Below, piece after piece: positions 45,224 through 55,440 of a stretch of DNA of 56,196 nucleotides. The notes below the pieces were generated by a model. That model was given only the letters and a program-made list of their open reading frames with translations. It did not search any database and was not told the origin of the DNA. Within the stretch, counting starts at the first letter, position 1; the number at the start of each line of letters is the position of its first letter. The translations under genes and the position numbers were made by a program. Location: IMG/VR virus record IMGVR_UViG_3300010397_000013, positions 1 to 56,196 of that record. The stretch is one strand, 5' to 3'. Origin of the DNA: a virus (Duplodnaviria; Caudoviricetes).

Positions 45224-46022
45224 AATCCTTGTTTGGAGACGTTTTACCAAAAACTGACCTCTCTCTAAAGTGGGTGGTAGAATAACGCCTCACCGGGGGT
45301 CAAAAGGGGCTTCCCACTCCCACCCCGTAGCCACCCTCTGGCCAAGAAAAGAGATTCCTTTGACAAACAAGCAGTCTGACAACCTGTTCAGCAAGCCAAC
45401 ACTCTCAGACCTGACTTGCTCTGTCAAGCACCATAGCCATACCCATAGAACAAACCATACCGGGTTGATCGGTTCTCCACACTGGTCAAACCCGTTTCAC
45501 TTTAAGCTTGACAGAGTTAGAGTAAAGCCCCTTAACTATCCCCCATTGAGAATGAGTCAATTATGACTCAAGTGAAGTTGATAAGAAGTGATGATAAATG
45601 AGACATTATGTCACACTTCATCCGTACAGTAAAACACCCATCGACCTTGCGATCAATGGGTGTCTCGTAACGCAGGTCGCAATGACTAGGCGACCCGTGA
45701 ATCTTTTCTTACAGTTGATGCATAAACCATATCGCAGCGCAGGCAACACTAAAAATGATTGTCAGTGTGATTTCCAGCCAAGGGATGGGAGCTTCGTTCT
45801 TAGTCATTTTATTTCCTTCGTTACACCCGCGCGTAATTGCGCGGACAACTACACAAACGAAATCATAGTCTGACTTGGAAAGATCCGAAGCATACTCTTT
45901 TCGCATGCTGAGTATGTCTTTTGGTTATAAGTATGTCTGACTGTTAGCAGGGGTATGACAATCAATGTCCTACACCTCAATGTCACGTACCAGCGGAGAT
46001 TTAGTGTATGACATCGTATGTC

Positions 46023-46301
46023 CTACCCCTCTTTGCTTGGCTCAATCGGCCCTGTAGAATCAACCTTTTTACGCTTTGGTTCGGTCGATTTGATGCTTTG
46101 GGAGGTGTTGGCGGGCAAGCCCCTCATAACTCGCTTCATTCTCTCCAGGTCGCACCATGATCGTGCAAGCATGGCAATTACTCCAGGTTTAGCATCTTTG
46201 GCCCTGACAGTTTCCATGATGCCAGATTGCAGTTCCAGGGCTTCTTTATAGGGCTTTGATGCGCTTTGGAAGCTCATATGGGCGGCAAATCTGGACGGCA
46301 A
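46023..46301 (-). CDS. Hypothetical protein (possible terminase small subunit)
   Basis: Isolated helical 92-aa ORF beside a large non-coding region; function is a guess. Confidence 0.4.
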   Translation of the reverse strand: MPSRFAAHMSFQSASKPYKEALELQSGIMETVRAKDAKPGVIAMLARSWCDLERMKRVMRGLPANTSQSIKSTEPKRKKVDSTGPIEPSKEG

Positions 46302-46419
46302 ACGTCATTTAGTTTGAAATTCCCCTTTCCACTTGGATATGTCAAATCGTTTGTATGAGTGACGACTTGACCGTTGTCCGTTCGGGAATTAACTCGGATG
46401 AAATGAAAGTGACAAGACA

Positions 46420-46830
46420 ATGACTAAATTCCGAAACGAGTCTATCCAATCCATTACATTGGCAAACAAGTTGCGATTGTACGCAGCAGGCAACACCTGC
46501 ATAACAGATCAGGCTATGTTGATGGAAGCAGCGCAAAAGCTAGACGCATTCCAACAACTTCAACTCAACAATCAGGCTTGGCAAACCGATTTGCGAAATG
46601 TCACAGAGGAGCGTGACCGGCTGGCGCAGAAAGACCGGCTCAAGACCACTGAATATAACATTTTGGTTCATGAGAATCGTAAATTACGCGAGGCATTGCA
46701 AGCGGCTCTCAATGATATTGATTTAGCGGCCAAGATATTCAGCAAGCAATACCATTCGGCTGCCACTGAATTGGCCGATCATGCAGAGATTTACCGCGCT
46801 GTTCTGAAGGGAGTTGCGAGTAACTCATGA
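46420..46830 (+). CDS. Coiled-coil hypothetical protein
   Basis: 136-aa ORF. Confidence 0.6.
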   Translation: MTKFRNESIQSITLANKLRLYAAGNTCITDQAMLMEAAQKLDAFQQLQLNNQAWQTDLRNVTEERDRLAQKDRLKTTEYNILVHENRKLREALQAALNDIDLAAKIFSKQYHSAATELADHAEIYRAVLKGVASNS

Positions 46831-46996
46831 AATGGTACTACGAGATTGCTGGCGGACATACTCACGTCCGAGTTTTCATGAACGGCGGAAAGTGTGGGGA
46901 CTTGTGCTTTCGCAATGAAGAATTTGCGCTTATCAGGAAGTCTTGTCCGTGGATTCGGTTTATTCCATTAGCAGACGCAAGAGCGGATGGAATTGT

Positions 46997-47203
46997 ATGA
47001 ACCTTGTAATGCTTAAAGAGGAAGGGTGTCGGGACGTTTATATCGACCCGCAAACCGTTGAATCAGTGCAGGCTGCCGCAGGCGGAAAAGAATCAATCGT
47101 GTATCTGAAAAGCGGACGAAAGCTGATCGTCACTGGGCGGAGCGCTGAAATAATCTGTAAACTTAAAGGCATACATTCATGGCGGGACGCGATAAATCTG
47201 TGA
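46997..47203 (+). CDS. FlbD-like small protein
   Basis: VYIDPQTVESV...SIVYLKSGRKLIV....EI pattern. Confidence 0.5.
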   Translation: MNLVMLKEEGCRDVYIDPQTVESVQAAAGGKESIVYLKSGRKLIVTGRSAEIICKLKGIHSWRDAINL

Positions 47204-47663
47204 AAGGCGAGATCGCGGAGTTTCGGCGCTGGTTAAATGCTCGCGATACTGGAGATTCGCACCATCGACATTTGCGTTACAGGCAACGAACGCGCCTTTA
47301 TGGTGACTACCTGTATTTTCAAGATCGGGACCGATTCAACGTCGAAATGGCACAATGGAAAGAGAGAGAAAAAAAAGAATGGACTTAAACGAGCCAACCT
47401 TTAGCGAGCCAATCGGGCGAATTGTTTATACCTCTTTCGGTTGCCTAAAAATGGGAACGATTGTCGATGCAAACCTTTCTGGTTGCCCGGCATACTACAA
47501 AATTGTTTACGAAGATGAGCAGGTGCATACTGTCACGCCGGCATTTGTTCATTTCACCCCGCAAGACGCAATGAAAGCGTGTGAAGAAAACGCGGAGTAT
47601 TGGGCGAATAAAGCCCAGCAAATTGAGAAAGATTTAACAGCCGATTAGTCATCGGCTTGTCAC

Positions 47664-47702
47664 GAGACCCCGGAGTGCTTTCGAGTGCTTCGGGGTTTTT
47701 CG
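47664..47702 (+). terminator. Intrinsic terminator
   Basis: GACCCCGGAG...CTTCGGGGTT stem followed by a T tract. Confidence 0.7.
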
Positions 47703-47880
47703 TGTACAAGAAAAACACCCCGACGAAATGAATCGACCGGGGTGACTCAAGAAAAGATTTATTTATTGAGCATACCTAAAAGGCATAGTGCTTTGGTTCA
47801 ATGTTTATAGGGTTTAAATGAGTTATGTAAAGATTGTGCCAAGCGAGTATACTTTTTTGGCATTAGACGGGATTGTGGGA

Positions 47881-48168
47881 TTATGATTGAATCGGGATTG
47901 ACCGCCCGCCTTTGTGCCGATCATGCGAAATTTCGCATTTTTCAAGAAAGTCGGCTTTTTCCTTTATTTCAGATGCCCTGCATGTAACATACTGCTCAAA
48001 AGCCCAACGCAAAACATCGACTTGGCTTTTCGTAATACAGTCAACCAAAGATCCAAAATCCGCTTGTGAAAGTTTACCACAAAACGAGTCTTGAATTAGT
48101 GTCGCCCAATAATTTGGGTTTTTCAATGCGGCAATATTTGCCGATTCTGGCCATGAGTCAAGCCCCAA
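47881..48168 (-). CDS. Hypothetical protein
   Basis: 95-aa ORF; SQVDVLRWA resembles IQADALRWA of 44297..44509. Confidence 0.45.
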   Translation of the reverse strand: MGLDSWPESANIAALKNPNYWATLIQDSFCGKLSQADFGSLVDCITKSQVDVLRWAFEQYVTCRASEIKEKADFLEKCEISHDRHKGGRSIPIQS

Positions 48169-48291
48169 AACAAAAACACCCCGGCGAAATGGAAAACAAA
48201 AAAATAATAAAAATAGTTGAAGATTTTTCTTTCCAATCGTATGGGTCTACGCGTTTGTATAGGTGTGCAACGGAATTCGGTAAATCAATTT

Positions 48292-48360
48292 AGCTCGCCT
48301 CTCAGCTTCTTAAGCAGTGTCGCAAGACATTCCCGTTGCACGGTGGGGGGTGAGCTTTTT
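48292..48360 (+). ncRNA. Compact four-way-junction RNA / leader
   Basis: 13-bp closing stem with G-U pairs, three inner hairpins including a GCAA tetraloop, T tract. Confidence 0.55.
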
Positions 48361-48376
48361 AAGTGCAAACGGAATT

Positions 48377-48871
48377 ATGAGAACAAACTACCGACCCGAC
48401 TTGGGCGAATTGCCCGACAATGAATCAGAGCCTATCGCCAGGCACCAGCGCAAGGCGCCTGGAGCACCCGAAATCTTTGCCGATGTCAAAAAAGCCCTTG
48501 CCTTTGATGGCCACAGTCCAGAGCGGAGAGAGTACGAAGCTATCGCGTTGATCGGAATTCATTTCAACGGTCTTGCTCGTCGTTCCTACGAGCAAGGACT
48601 CGCCAAAGCCGCCGACATCGCGCGCGCCCATAAGGAAGCCCCAGAAGCTAATGCCCGACTGATTGCGGCCGCTCCCAAATTGCTGGCGATGTGCCAAAAC
48701 GCCCTGGAAGCGCTGGAAGGATTGAGTGAATCAAACGCGTGCATGTCAGACTTTGAACGCGCTTGTATTCCAGCACTCAAAGCAGCTATTGGCCAGGCAA
48801 TATCTAAAACCTCTGCTCTTGACTATCCCGAAACAAACTATAACCGGATTAGCAATCCTGACGGTGTGTAA
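48377..48871 (+). CDS. Hypothetical phage protein (ANARLIAAAP motif)
   Basis: Common phage motif EANARLIAAAPKLL. Confidence 0.65.
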   Translation: MRTNYRPDLGELPDNESEPIARHQRKAPGAPEIFADVKKALAFDGHSPERREYEAIALIGIHFNGLARRSYEQGLAKAADIARAHKEAPEANARLIAAAPKLLAMCQNALEALEGLSESNACMSDFERACIPALKAAIGQAISKTSALDYPETNYNRISNPDGV

Positions 48872-48874
48872 GCC

Positions 48875-49249
48875 ATGAATACCTTGCGATCCAATCGAAT
48901 CTTCAAGGTTGATACGTACGGCTCAATCCATGCCGCCAGCGGGGCGGCAATGGACTACGCCAAGCAATTTAGCTGGCCCTGGCGGCATCGCTTCAATCAA
49001 CCGCTGCTCTGGGTGAAATACGACAATGCTGTTGACGGGTACGTGATTGAACCGAACCTTGAGCCAGTGCAGAACCTGGCGTGGAATGACTTGGTTGCTT
49101 ACGAATTGAATCAGGCTCAAACCGAGATGCCAAATCAATGGGATGCCGCAACCCGTCCGCAGCTTGAATCACTGGCAAATAACGGCAGTTATGGTCAGCG
49201 GCTTATTGCTAGTCGTTATTTGCGCGATATGGAAAAGGATCATCAATGA
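48875..49249 (+). CDS. Hypothetical protein
   Basis: Packed ORF. Confidence 0.55.
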   Translation: MNTLRSNRIFKVDTYGSIHAASGAAMDYAKQFSWPWRHRFNQPLLWVKYDNAVDGYVIEPNLEPVQNLAWNDLVAYELNQAQTEMPNQWDAATRPQLESLANNGSYGQRLIASRYLRDMEKDHQ

Positions 49250-49797
49250 GCAACTGCCACAAATGCGGCTGCGAAATAGACGACATGGCGGAATGTTGTC
49301 CGGGTTGTCTAACAAGTGTTAATTCGCTAGTTGCGGCAATCGAAGGCAATTACAGCGGCATGTCAAAAGCTGATTTGGTTCTGACCTGCAACATGCTTCT
49401 CAAGGGCCGAGAGGCGTGGAGAAAGGAATATGACAGTCTCAAGGCCAGATTGGACAATGCGTCATGTCTATTGGCTTGTCCAGGCCGTGGAGATTGCGAG
49501 CATTTTATAGGACTGCCGAGCGTATTTGATGAGCACACAACAGACACTTACGGCAAGCCAAATGGTTGGTGCTGGTTTTGCTGGTGGGCTTATAGGACTC
49601 ATAAAGCAGAATCTCAGTCCGAAACCGAAGGTTTGCGTACTGCTCTCCGGAGTGTGGCGCGACATCGAATGCCCGACGGGACGCTTTGCTGGTGCAATGA
49701 ATACTTCCATGCTCAGGCCTTTGCTGGCTTTGCGCATTCTCCTTCTTGTACCGTTGCCCGGCAAAGTTTGTTCGTGCAAGACGCCACAATCGCATGA
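49246..49797 (+). CDS. Cys-rich hypothetical protein
   Basis: Several CxxC / CxC clusters; ATGA-coupled. Confidence 0.55.
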   Translation: MSNCHKCGCEIDDMAECCPGCLTSVNSLVAAIEGNYSGMSKADLVLTCNMLLKGREAWRKEYDSLKARLDNASCLLACPGRGDCEHFIGLPSVFDEHTTDTYGKPNGWCWFCWWAYRTHKAESQSETEGLRTALRSVARHRMPDGTLCWCNEYFHAQAFAGFAHSPSCTVARQSLFVQDATIA

Positions 49798-50260
49798 AAA
49801 TCACACTCCAACAAGCCAAGCAACTTGAGAAGCGCATTGGGCCTCGTGTCTGGGACGGGCTGCTTTTCAATCGAGACGGCATCACGAATCCTTTGCTGAC
49901 GGTTTTACCGAATAATGTGGGCACGGAGATACGTCGCATACTGGAAATAGCAGACCGACCACATTGCGGCGCTTGCCAGCTTGAAATGACGGCAAGCAAT
50001 TCAACTATCGTTCCTGAAATGTTTCTCTGCGATGCGTGCGCCAAGCTGCACGGATATTTTAAATCATGAATTCGCGCCATGAAGCCGACAACTCAAAAAC
50101 GCACCTGTCCGGCTGGAGCGGTCAAAGCGTGCTGGGAAGCTGACATCGGAACAGCAATGGACGTGGTAATCCGACTCTCAGACAATGACCGATACGACAG
50201 CAAGAAATTCGTGCGCGAAGTGATCCGTAAACTTAAACCCTGGGGTCAGAGCTAGCTAGG

Positions 50261-50638
50261 ATGAAACACTACCAAGTTGAAGTCGATAGGAACGGTTGCG
50301 AGCGTTGCGGCGCTGGCAAGTATTGGGTAATCGTGGCCAACGGAGTTGCGGGCGGGACTTCGTACGAAAACGAGGAAGAGACGGCAGAGCTTTGCAACGA
50401 TCTGAACGAGGCTTTTGAAGCGGGGATTGCTTCAATGGAATCCATTGTGGCATCGGCAACCATGATAGCCCATTACGCACGGCGGACCGATGAAAGTGCC
50501 AATGCCGAATTGAGTGCCAAGCTGATTTACAAGGAGCTTGAATCAGCACTGGCAAAATGCGACGTCCCGTCTTTGACTGGGGATTCCGTTCACTGGGCAG
50601 CATTCGGAGACTCACCACTAACGTCAGGCATCGAATGA
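50261..50638 (+). CDS. Hypothetical protein
   Basis: 125-aa ORF, CxxC. Confidence 0.55.
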   Translation: MKHYQVEVDRNGCERCGAGKYWVIVANGVAGGTSYENEEETAELCNDLNEAFEAGIASMESIVASATMIAHYARRTDESANAELSAKLIYKELESALAKCDVPSLTGDSVHWAAFGDSPLTSGIE

Positions 50639-50868
50639 AACAGCCGATGATTATTCTGCCATGCCCATTTTGTGGCTCAACTAAAATTACAATCGAATGG
50701 GAGCCATGCCCGCCGCTCGACTCAACAGAGACAAATCGCCGATGGTTTGCAGAGTGCACGCAATGTTCCTGCCAGGGGCCGTTTTGTCAGAAAGAGCCGC
50801 AAGTTATACCAGCGTGGAATAAGCGCACAAAATATGCCCTGCTTGCTATGGCAACCCCACAATCATGA
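50635..50868 (+). CDS. Second Lar-family Zn-ribbon protein
   Basis: LPCPFCGS...CTQC.CQGP...AWNKR. Confidence 0.75.
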   Translation: MKQPMIILPCPFCGSTKITIEWEPCPPLDSTETNRRWFAECTQCSCQGPFCQKEPQVIPAWNKRTKYALLAMATPQS

Positions 50869-51393
50869 ACTACCCTGAAGCAATCTGGTGCGATACCGAT
50901 CTCGTCGGCGATGACAAGCCGCATGACGGCTGGCAGAAATACGGGCGTTTGCCCAAACAGCCCAACGATTACGGCGTAAATTCCGGTTCGATGGTTCGCA
51001 AGGAAATTCATACCGTAATTCGCAGATATAGCCAGGAAAGCAACATGACCGGACAATGACAGCATCCGTGAAATCTTATGTTCCGAGAAGGTTACAGTCC
51101 CAAAAGGACGGCGGTTCATCACCGTAGGCCGAGAAATGGCGTGTAATTCGCCAACCGGAACACCATCCGTGAAATCTCTAATACGCGTGAGCGTGACAAT
51201 GAAAGTCAAAGACATAAGCAGGGAGAGGGTTATTAGTGAACTTCTAAACGCGGTAGAGAACGCAGACACGACGTACAAAGTTCTTTCTGAAACGGAGTGC
51301 ATTCCGGCTTGGCTACGGAAGACGATGCGCAAAGAATGGATTAAAACCAAAAAGATCCTAAGGCAAGCCGAGGCCGTAGGAATTTTGTTTTAA

Positions 51394-51430
51394 ACACCCC
51401 CCGTTCTGGCGCAAGCTGGCCGGGGTTTTT
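51394..51430 (+). terminator. Intrinsic terminator
   Basis: CCCCG...GC-GCAA-GC...CGGGG followed by TTTTT. Confidence 0.6.
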
Positions 51431-51469
51431 GCTTGACGATGGCCGCAATGTTATGCAACCGTTGAAACT

Positions 51470-51628
51470 ATGCGTAAGTACTACAAGCCAAAGCCAGGGG
51501 TGCCCAGGGCCGTAAGTCTCTACATGGCTGCTCTCGGTCGCATGGCTAGCAAGACAAAGAAGCGCGAGGCCGCAAATAAACGGTGGGAACTGGAGAAAGA
51601 AAAATCAAATGAGCTACATAAAGCCTAA
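51470..51628 (+). CDS. Small basic protein (52 aa), possible DNA-binding regulator
   Basis: MRKYYKPK...YMAALGR...AANKRW read by hand; preceded by TTGACG and a repeated operator-like motif. Confidence 0.55.
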   Translation: MRKYYKPKPGVPRAVSLYMAALGRMASKTKKREAANKRWELEKEKSNELHKA

Positions 51629-51861
51629 AGAATGGACAACGCTACCTGTGCGGACCTGCCAAACATTGCATTATTGCTGTATTTGTAAGCAGAATATCCG
51701 CTTGGTAGAAAAATACTTTGACGGCGGAATCAGGCGACGAGCACACGAAACATGTGTTCTTCCAAGTGTATTTAATGAATCTTTTAACGGGAAAGATTAA
51801 CTAATAGTGAAACATCACAGCATTAGTTTTACTAAAATGTTTCAGAACCACAAAATAACTG

Positions 51862-51890
51862 TTGACGGTATATGCAACCGTTGCTAATGT
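51862..51890 (+). promoter_or_regulatory. Promoter of the recombination operon with an operator-like spacer
   Basis: TTGACG-17-TAATGT; spacer contains TATGCAACCGTTG. Confidence 0.6.
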
Positions 51891-51967
51891 GAGGGCAGAT
51901 ATGAAAGTTTTATTTGCAGTTCGCAAGGGGAAGGAGCGTTAGCTAAGAGAGTGAGGGAGAAAAGTTT

Positions 51968-52936
51968 ATGACAATGACAATCAAGAAGGCATCACGAACA
52001 GGTGTAAAACCGCTGATCGGATTCTACTCTGAAAGCGGATGCGGCAAAACAATGTCGGGCCTTTTGCTCGCTCGCGGCTTAGTTGGGCCATCTGGCAAAA
52101 TCGTAATGATCGACACCGAGAGCGGGCGCGGGAGTCTCTATGCTGACGTGATTGAAGGAGGTTATGATGTGCTCGAATTGCGCGAGCCGTTTAGCCCAGA
52201 ACGATACATTGAAGCAATCAAGGCCGTCGAAGACTCTGGGGCGCAAGTTGGAGTGCTTGATTCAGGATCTCACGAGTGGGAAGGACTTGGGGGGGTCATC
52301 GACATGGCTACACAGCGCGAGGCCAAGAGCGGTAAGCCCGGACTGCACAACTGGCGCGAGCCGAAGATTGAACACCAGAAGTTCATGCTTAAGCTTTTGC
52401 AATCGCCGTTGCCGTGGATCATTTGCCTTCGGGCCAAGTTCAAGACGCGCCAAGGCAAGAATGCCCAAGGCCGAACGGAGATTGTTAAAGACGAGCATAC
52501 TTCCCCAATTCAGGCGGAAGATTTCATCTTTGAGATGACGTGCCACGGCGAGGTCATGCCGGATCACACGTTCAGGCTGACGAAATGCAGCCATCCAGCC
52601 TTGAGGCAGGCCATGCCTAATAATGAGCTGACCACCATCGAACACGGCAAGAGGCTGTCTCAATGGTGCGCTTCGCCCGGTGGCCCTGGCCCGCAAGCGA
52701 ACGGCAACGGCAAAAGTGAATTGCTTTCCAAACTCCGGGACATGACTGTCTCAATTCACGGCTGGCAAAAGGGAATGAAGCCTGCGGAATGGCAGGCGCT
52801 AAAGCCGAAATTGGGTCAGTGGCTTTGGGATGAGGGGATTCTATCGGACACTGAATCGCTCGACAATTTGGACTCAGGGAGATTGTTCGAGGTCTGCGAT
52901 AATGCGGAGAAGAAACTTTCCGTTACTGCTACATGA
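51968..52936 (+). CDS. Sak4-like AAA ATPase / recombinase
   Basis: Walker A SESGCGKT, IDTE, VLDSGSHEW. Confidence 0.8.
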   Translation: MTMTIKKASRTGVKPLIGFYSESGCGKTMSGLLLARGLVGPSGKIVMIDTESGRGSLYADVIEGGYDVLELREPFSPERYIEAIKAVEDSGAQVGVLDSGSHEWEGLGGVIDMATQREAKSGKPGLHNWREPKIEHQKFMLKLLQSPLPWIICLRAKFKTRQGKNAQGRTEIVKDEHTSPIQAEDFIFEMTCHGEVMPDHTFRLTKCSHPALRQAMPNNELTTIEHGKRLSQWCASPGGPGPQANGNGKSELLSKLRDMTVSIHGWQKGMKPAEWQALKPKLGQWLWDEGILSDTESLDNLDSGRLFEVCDNAEKKLSVTAT

Positions 52937-53838
52937 AAACAAAAACAGCCAATTTAATGATTTGCAAGAAGTTCGATGAATGGATTGCAACAATCACCGA
53001 TCCTGCCGTAAAGGAAAAGGTAGAGAAAGGCTCAATTCTAACAGGGGGCGCAATAGCGTCCATGCTCTTGCGTGAGTCAGTAAATGACTTCGATTTTTAT
53101 TTCAAAGATCAGGACACGGCGAAAGCAGTAGCAGAATATTATGTTGCCGTATTCAATCAAAACCCGCCCCCGCGTAGTAATGTAAAACCCGTAACGATCA
53201 CGGTGGAAACATCATCTGATAGGGTAAGGATAGTAATTAAGTCTGCGGGCATTGCCGGGGAGTCGCAGCAAGCCACTACCTACGAGTATTTCGAGGGTCG
53301 CCCCCCGGAGGCGAGCGAGGATTACGCGACAAAGGTAATAGAGGCAAAAGAGCAGGCCGAAGAAAAACCCGATTACCGCCCCGTTTTTTTATCGGACAAC
53401 GCCATTACGCTTTCTGGGCATGTGCAACTTGTGATCCGTTTTTTCGGCACCCCGGACCAAATCCACGAAAATTACGATTTCGTCCATGCTACCAACTACT
53501 GGACATCTTGGGATCGCAAAATAAGCCTGAAGGCAGAAGCCTTGGAATGCTTGCTAACTAAGGAATTGCGCTACACAGGCTCGAAATATCCGATTTGTTC
53601 ATTGATTCGAGCGCGAAAGTTTATTCAGCGAGAGTGGACGATCAACGCTGGGCAGTATCTTAAAATCGCGTTCCAAATCAATGCGTTGAACCTAAAAGAT
53701 TTTGATGTGCTACGGGAGCAGCTAATCGGAATGGATGTGGCCTATTTCATGCAGGTATTGGCTTTGCTGAAAGAGAAAGACCCCAGCAAGGTGAATACGG
53801 CCTATTTGGTGGAAATTATTGATCGCATCTTTGGATGA
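52933..53838 (+). CDS. Pol-beta-superfamily nucleotidyltransferase-like protein
   Basis: LTGGAIAS...NDFDFYF (GG + DxD); NAITL, YDFVH. Confidence 0.6.
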   Translation: MKTKTANLMICKKFDEWIATITDPAVKEKVEKGSILTGGAIASMLLRESVNDFDFYFKDQDTAKAVAEYYVAVFNQNPPPRSNVKPVTITVETSSDRVRIVIKSAGIAGESQQATTYEYFEGRPPEASEDYATKVIEAKEQAEEKPDYRPVFLSDNAITLSGHVQLVIRFFGTPDQIHENYDFVHATNYWTSWDRKISLKAEALECLLTKELRYTGSKYPICSLIRARKFIQREWTINAGQYLKIAFQINALNLKDFDVLREQLIGMDVAYFMQVLALLKEKDPSKVNTAYLVEIIDRIFG

Positions 53839-53839
53839 T

Positions 53840-54739
53840 ATGCAGACCCCTTTCACTAACGCCCACATCATTGGATCGGTTCGCCCTGCTGACTATTGCA
53901 AGGCACCTAATCCGAGAGGGCACAAGGAATTTGTGATGAGCCGGGGTGAGTTGATGGAGTTCAACCGCTGTCCGCATCGTTGGTTGCGCGGTTATCAGTC
54001 AGACGAAACCAAATCAACCGAATGGGGGACACTGATGGATTGCCTTGTCTTGACTCCGGGCCAGTTCGACAAGGAATTTGCTGTTGCGCCACAGACTTAC
54101 GAGAACAGCAAAGGTGAAGAAAAGACGTGGAACTGGAACGCGAACACCTGCAAGGAGTGGCGCGATGAACATCAGGGATTGACCATCATTAAGACTGATT
54201 GGCTGGAACAGGCTAATCAAGCAAAGCGTGTATTGGCCGAAGATCCTCAAATCGTCGCGCTCCTGATGTGCAGTAAAACTCAAGTGATGGGGGTGGCCGA
54301 GTATCACGATAAAGAGACAGGAATAACGGTGCCAGTTAAAATCCTCGTGGATATTGCGCCAGAGATTGGTTCATCCTACCAAAATTCATTAGCCGATCTT
54401 AAGACCTGCGCAACCGCAAGCCTACGCGCATGGACGCGAGCAGTCTTTGACCACGGTTATCACGTTCAAGCCGCGTTTTATCTGGACGTATGGAAAGCAG
54501 CCACAGGCCAAGACCGCGTTGACTTCCTGCATGTGTTACAAGAATCGTTTCCGCCTTACGAGGTCGGCAAGCGTCTGCTTTCTCAAGAGTATATCGAGCT
54601 TGGCCGACTCACTTACACAGCAGCCATGCAGCGATATTGTCGCTGTTTGGCTGACAATGATTGGCCTGGATATGACAGCAAAGCAATTTTCAACGGCTGG
54701 AACTTGGTTGATGTAGAAAGCTGGATGATAACCCTATGA
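53840..54739 (+). CDS. RecE / exonuclease VIII-like PD-(D/E)XK nuclease (DUF3799-like)
   Basis: WGT..DC..L, K..VD, ADLKT, YHVQAAFY, WPGY. Confidence 0.8.
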   Translation: MQTPFTNAHIIGSVRPADYCKAPNPRGHKEFVMSRGELMEFNRCPHRWLRGYQSDETKSTEWGTLMDCLVLTPGQFDKEFAVAPQTYENSKGEEKTWNWNANTCKEWRDEHQGLTIIKTDWLEQANQAKRVLAEDPQIVALLMCSKTQVMGVAEYHDKETGITVPVKILVDIAPEIGSSYQNSLADLKTCATASLRAWTRAVFDHGYHVQAAFYLDVWKAATGQDRVDFLHVLQESFPPYEVGKRLLSQEYIELGRLTYTAAMQRYCRCLADNDWPGYDSKAIFNGWNLVDVESWMITL

Positions 54740-55047
54740 CAAACACAGAAAAAATCATTGAGGCGTGGCAAGCAAACATCCTTGAACTGCAACAGGCTAT
54801 TAAGTGGGCGCAACAGCATCGGGAGGCGTTAGATAGCCAAGAGTGTAATCCGATGGCTGGCGGTGGTTATGTATGGCTTAACACCTACCCATCAGATCCA
54901 AAACAATTCGCCAAAGCCATTGGCGGAACGTGGATTGATAAAAATCAAGAATGGCAACTGAAGCGGGATGACAATATCAGGATCAGGATTAACCCAGGCA
55001 AGCTGCCCAACCCAGAACCCACTGAACGAATCGTCAACCTTGAATAG
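54736..55047 (+). CDS. Hypothetical protein
   Basis: ATGA-coupled. Confidence 0.55.
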   Translation: MTNTEKIIEAWQANILELQQAIKWAQQHREALDSQECNPMAGGGYVWLNTYPSDPKQFAKAIGGTWIDKNQEWQLKRDDNIRIRINPGKLPNPEPTERIVNLE

Positions 55048-55125
55048 CTATGAGCAACCAAAGCAAGCTCGCAAAAGAAGCTTACAAAATGGCCGATGCC
55101 ATGATCGCCGAACGAGAAAGGAACC

Positions 55126-55440
55126 ATGAATAGCAAATTTAACTGCCCAAGTTGTTCCTTCCCGTTGGAGAAGGACATATTCACCAGAGCCAAAAAGGTT
55201 GACGGCCAATACTTCCAAGTCTGGTGTCACAATGTCAAATGCCCATCTGATGTAGCGCAAAAGGATGGTGGTAGCGCCGAAACCGAAGAAGCCGCCTATC
55301 GCAACCTCTGCAATGCAGTGGACAACGAAACTGAGCGCCTTGGCCATTTCACGGATGAGACTGAGGAAGACCGTAAAGAACACATTCGGATGGACACAGG
55401 CGATCATCTTGAAGACTTGAGAAGGAGCGGGGGAGCATGA
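55126..55440 (+). CDS. Zn-ribbon hypothetical protein
   Basis: CPSC...C....C; AAAGGA RBS. Confidence 0.6.
   Translation: MNSKFNCPSCSFPLEKDIFTRAKKVDGQYFQVWCHNVKCPSDVAQKDGGSAETEEAAYRNLCNAVDNETERLGHFTDETEEDRKEHIRMDTGDHLEDLRRSGGA

Noticed and set aside
45425-45462. Weak CCATA/CCATAC periodicity as a second GGY array
   Set aside because: Only a few units, register not maintained, no associated gene or hairpin
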